In this document: positions 61,162 to 64,000 of the stretch, one piece after another | Layout: each line of letters opens with the position of its first letter | Numbering within the stretch: the stretch's first letter is position 1 | Assembly (NCBI GenBank): GCA_963741955.1 | Contig: CAVUKB010000004.1 | Span: 256,001 to 320,000 of the forward strand | DNA length: 64,000 nucleotides | Reading direction: 5' to 3' | DNA from: an uncultured Acidobacteriota bacterium | Lineage (GTDB): Bacteria > Acidobacteriota > Thermoanaerobaculia > Gp7-AA8 | The notes under the pieces: model-generated | Database searches by the model: none | What the model saw: only the letters and a program-made list of their open reading frames with translations | What the model was told of the DNA's origin: nothing | Made by a program: the position numbers and the translations under genes

Positions 61162-62357
61162 TGACCACTGCTCGGGAGCAGGCTCCGGCTCTGTTCGGAC
61201 TGCAGAAATGGTTCTGGGCCGCCGCCGCGATCGGAGTGATCGCGATGGTGATCGGAGCCTTCGTCAACGTGGATCAGTTTCTCCGCTCGTATCTGTGGGC
61301 CTGGATCTTCATGGCTACGATCTCCTTCGGGTGTCTCGGAATCCTGATGATCCAGTACCTCACCGGGGGAGTGTGGGGGACGCTGATCCGTCGTCCTCTG
61401 GAGGCCGCCGCACGGACCATCCCGTTCGTGGCCATTCTCATCATTCCGATCTTTCTCGGAATGACCCACCTCTACGAGTGGACCCATGCGGAAGTGGTCC
61501 GGCACGATCCGGTCCTGCAGATCAAGGCGTCCTATCTCAACGAGCCGTTCTTCATCGGACGGACGGTGTTCTTTTTCGCTCTCTGGATGACGTTCGCGTT
61601 CCTCCTCAACCATTGGGCGAGGCAGTACGAGGAGACCCGTTCTCCCTGGACCGCACTGCGGCTTCGGCAGGTCAGCGGGATCGGTCTCCCGATCATGGGC
61701 TTCACGCTCACGTTCGCGTCGGTCGACTGGGGAATGTCGCTCGAGCCCCACTGGACCTCGACCATGTACGGGCTCTCGTTCCTGGTCGGCTGTCTGCTGA
61801 ACGGATTCGCGTTCTCGATCTTCAGCCTCACCACCGCCTGTCGCAATCCGGAGGTCAGCCGGATCGTGCCGCGGGAGAAGCTCCGCGACCTCGGCAATCT
61901 TCTCCTCGCGTCGGTGATGCTGTGGGCCTATCTGGCGTTCTCCGAGTTCATGCTGATCTGGTATGGCAATCTTCGCGAAGAGACGCCGTACTTCATCCGT
62001 CGCGCGGCAGGATGGTGGGGATTCATCGCCGGATTCCTGATCGTGTTCCATTTCTTTCTCCCGTTCTTCCTCCTGCTGATGCGCCGGATCAAGGATCGGC
62101 CGAGCGTGATCCGCATTGTGGCCATCCTGGTTCTCCTCGTGCATGCGGTCGACGTGTTCTGGCTGATCACGCCAGCCTTCCTGCAGCAGGGCCCCGACCC
62201 GTGGAACACGCCGTTTCATCTCAGCTGGCTCGATTTCGCGGCCTGGATCGGATTGACCGGACTCTGGGTCGGGCTCTTCCTGTGGCAGCTCGGCAAGAGA
62301 GCGGTCTTCCCGGAGGGTGAACTGATCGAAGAGCCGGAGGTCTACTCACATGCCTGA
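61161..62357 (+). CDS. actF: Alternative complex III subunit F
   Basis: Multi-TM; LYEW, YLN, DWGMSLEPHW, LIWYGNL. Confidence 0.9.
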   Translation: MTTAREQAPALFGLQKWFWAAAAIGVIAMVIGAFVNVDQFLRSYLWAWIFMATISFGCLGILMIQYLTGGVWGTLIRRPLEAAARTIPFVAILIIPIFLGMTHLYEWTHAEVVRHDPVLQIKASYLNEPFFIGRTVFFFALWMTFAFLLNHWARQYEETRSPWTALRLRQVSGIGLPIMGFTLTFASVDWGMSLEPHWTSTMYGLSFLVGCLLNGFAFSIFSLTTACRNPEVSRIVPREKLRDLGNLLLASVMLWAYLAFSEFMLIWYGNLREETPYFIRRAAGWWGFIAGFLIVFHFFLPFFLLLMRRIKDRPSVIRIVAILVLLVHAVDVFWLITPAFLQQGPDPWNTPFHLSWLDFAAWIGLTGLWVGLFLWQLGKRAVFPEGELIEEPEVYSHA

Positions 62358-62865
62358 GATCACACATCACGAAGACGAGCCGAATCTCGAGATCCATCAC
62401 GAGAGCAGCGACGTCAATGTGCGGGGAGTGCTCTGGTTCTTCGTCATTTTTTTCGTCGTCACCCTCGTCTCGTTCGCCGGGCTCTGGGGCCTCTACAAGT
62501 ACTACGCGTACAGCGAGCGTGAAGCCCAGGCTCCTCCCATGTCGCGACTGCCGGAGGCTTCGAATCAGACGCCTCCCGCGCCGAACCTGCAGACCGACCC
62601 GCCGCGGGACATGGCTCTGTTCCGCGCGGAAGAAACGAAGCAGCTCGATCAGGCCGGATGGGTCGACCGTAAGAACGGGATCGTCCGGATTCCGATCGAG
62701 GAAGCCATGAAAGAAGTCGTACAGCGAGGCTTGCCGGTCCGCCAGCAGCCGCAGTCGTCGACAGCGACTGCCGGCGCGGCGGCAGGTGCCGGTTCCGCGA
62801 GTGCCCCTCCGGTTGCGGGCGCCCCCTCCGGAACCGGAAGACCCATGGAGAAATCGTCCCAATGA
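62350..62865 (+). CDS. Single-TM ACIII-associated protein (ActG-like)
   Basis: HESSDV, PPAPNLQ, GWVD...RIPIEEAM; position between actF and sco. Confidence 0.75.
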   Translation: MPEITHHEDEPNLEIHHESSDVNVRGVLWFFVIFFVVTLVSFAGLWGLYKYYAYSEREAQAPPMSRLPEASNQTPPAPNLQTDPPRDMALFRAEETKQLDQAGWVDRKNGIVRIPIEEAMKEVVQRGLPVRQQPQSSTATAGAAAGAGSASAPPVAGAPSGTGRPMEKSSQ

Positions 62866-63680
62866 TCCGGAAATCACTTGCTCTGATCGCACTCGTCGCT
62901 TCGTTCGCCATCTCGGCGGCCGGCCAGGATTTCCTGGCCAAGGACGGTCCGATCACGAGCGTCCGCAGACAGGTTGGAATCGATCAGAAGCTGAACAACC
63001 AGGTTCCGCTCGATCTCCCGTTCGTCGACGACCAGGGCCACGCAGTGAAGCTCGGCGACTACTTCGGCAAGAGGCCGGTCCTCCTCGTCCCCGTCTATTA
63101 CAAGTGCCCGATGCTCTGCAACATGGTGCTTCAGGGCGTTGTCGACTCGGTCCGCGACCTCCGGTTCAACGCGGGAGACGAGTACGAAGTGGTGGTGTTC
63201 AGTTTCGACCCGAGCGACACCACGAAAGACGCGGCGGAGAAGAAGAGGACGTACGTCCAGCGCTACGGCCGCGCAGGAACCGAACATGGCTGGCATTTCC
63301 TCACCGGCAGCCAGGACTCGATCACCCGGCTCACCGACGCGATCGGATTCCGCTACTACTACGATGCGAAGCGAAAGCAGTTCGCACACGGAGCGGCGAT
63401 CATGCTGCTCACTGCGAAAGGAAAGCTCTCCCGCTACTATTACGGCATCCAGTACAACCCGCGCGACCTCCGTCTCGGGATGGTCGAAACGGCCAACGAC
63501 AAGATCGGCTCGCCGGTCGACCAGCTCCTTCTTCTCTGCTACTGCTACGACCCCGCCACCGGCAAGTACAGCTCGGTGGCCGTGAACACCATCCGTGCGG
63601 GCGGCGTCGCCACGCTGGTCCTTCTCGGTGGAACGATTTTCTTCTTCCTGAGGCGTGACAAAAAAACCCAGGCCAGTTAG
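62862..63680 (+). CDS. SCO1/SenC copper chaperone
   Basis: CPMLC, WHFLTG, conserved His, YDP. Confidence 0.93.
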   Translation: MIRKSLALIALVASFAISAAGQDFLAKDGPITSVRRQVGIDQKLNNQVPLDLPFVDDQGHAVKLGDYFGKRPVLLVPVYYKCPMLCNMVLQGVVDSVRDLRFNAGDEYEVVVFSFDPSDTTKDAAEKKRTYVQRYGRAGTEHGWHFLTGSQDSITRLTDAIGFRYYYDAKRKQFAHGAAIMLLTAKGKLSRYYYGIQYNPRDLRLGMVETANDKIGSPVDQLLLLCYCYDPATGKYSSVAVNTIRAGGVATLVLLGGTIFFFLRRDKKTQAS

Positions 63681-63698
63681 GACGAGAACGACAGAGTC

Positions 63699-64000
63699 AT
63701 GTTCAATCAGTTTCCGATATTGCCAAGAGCCGCCTCGACCGTAGCGCCGGAGGTCGATCTCTTCTACTACTTCATGGTCATCATCTCGGTGATCATGACC
63801 CTGCTCGTCGCCGGACTGGTGATCTACTTCCTCGTGAAGTACCGGCGCCGTCCAGGGAACGAGATCCCCGCCGAATACGAGCCTTCGAAGGTGCTCGAGC
63901 TCGGGTTCATCGCCGTGATGTTCGTGGTCTTCATGGCGATGTTCTTCATGAGCGCGAAGGTCTACTTCCGGCAGTCGCGCCCACCCGACGGAGCGCTGGA
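63699..64000 (+). CDS. coxB: Cytochrome c oxidase subunit II (runs off the window)
   Basis: Hand translation MFNQFPILPRAASTVAPEVDLFYYFM...KYRRR...LELGF, two TM helices; follows sco. Confidence 0.85.
   Translation, partial: MFNQFPILPRAASTVAPEVDLFYYFMVIISVIMTLLVAGLVIYFLVKYRRRPGNEIPAEYEPSKVLELGFIAVMFVVFMAMFFMSAKVYFRQSRPPDGAL

Overview
A GC-rich bacterial chromosomal segment. I infer Acidobacteriota, probably class Thermoanaerobaculia, from the C-terminal RRRxVRH tail, the PilZ/TPR/ECF protein types and the ACIII-SCO-coxB operon. It holds housekeeping and metabolic genes: a ClpX-like ATPase coupled to ftsY, glnS, an acyl-CoA dehydrogenase, korAB-type 2-oxoacid oxidoreductase, pepQ, proline dehydrogenase, amino-acid symporters, and an alternative complex III operon (actA-G) followed by sco and the start of coxB. 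Accessory features are a stress-type cluster (csbD, ASRT, TPP enzyme, enolase-family enzyme, FAD/FeS oxidase) preceded by several sigma54-like motifs, a subtilase cassette bracketed by a duplicated 3' end of a ClC gene, and an ECF sigma/zinc-finger-TPR/LuxR module. Intergenic DNA contains a family of ATC-NNNN heptamer arrays that begin at stop codons, other 7- and 9-mer arrays, and a REP-like hairpin cluster. Three genes carry single-base frameshifts that look like assembly errors. I saw no tRNA, rRNA, CRISPR array, integrase or transposase.
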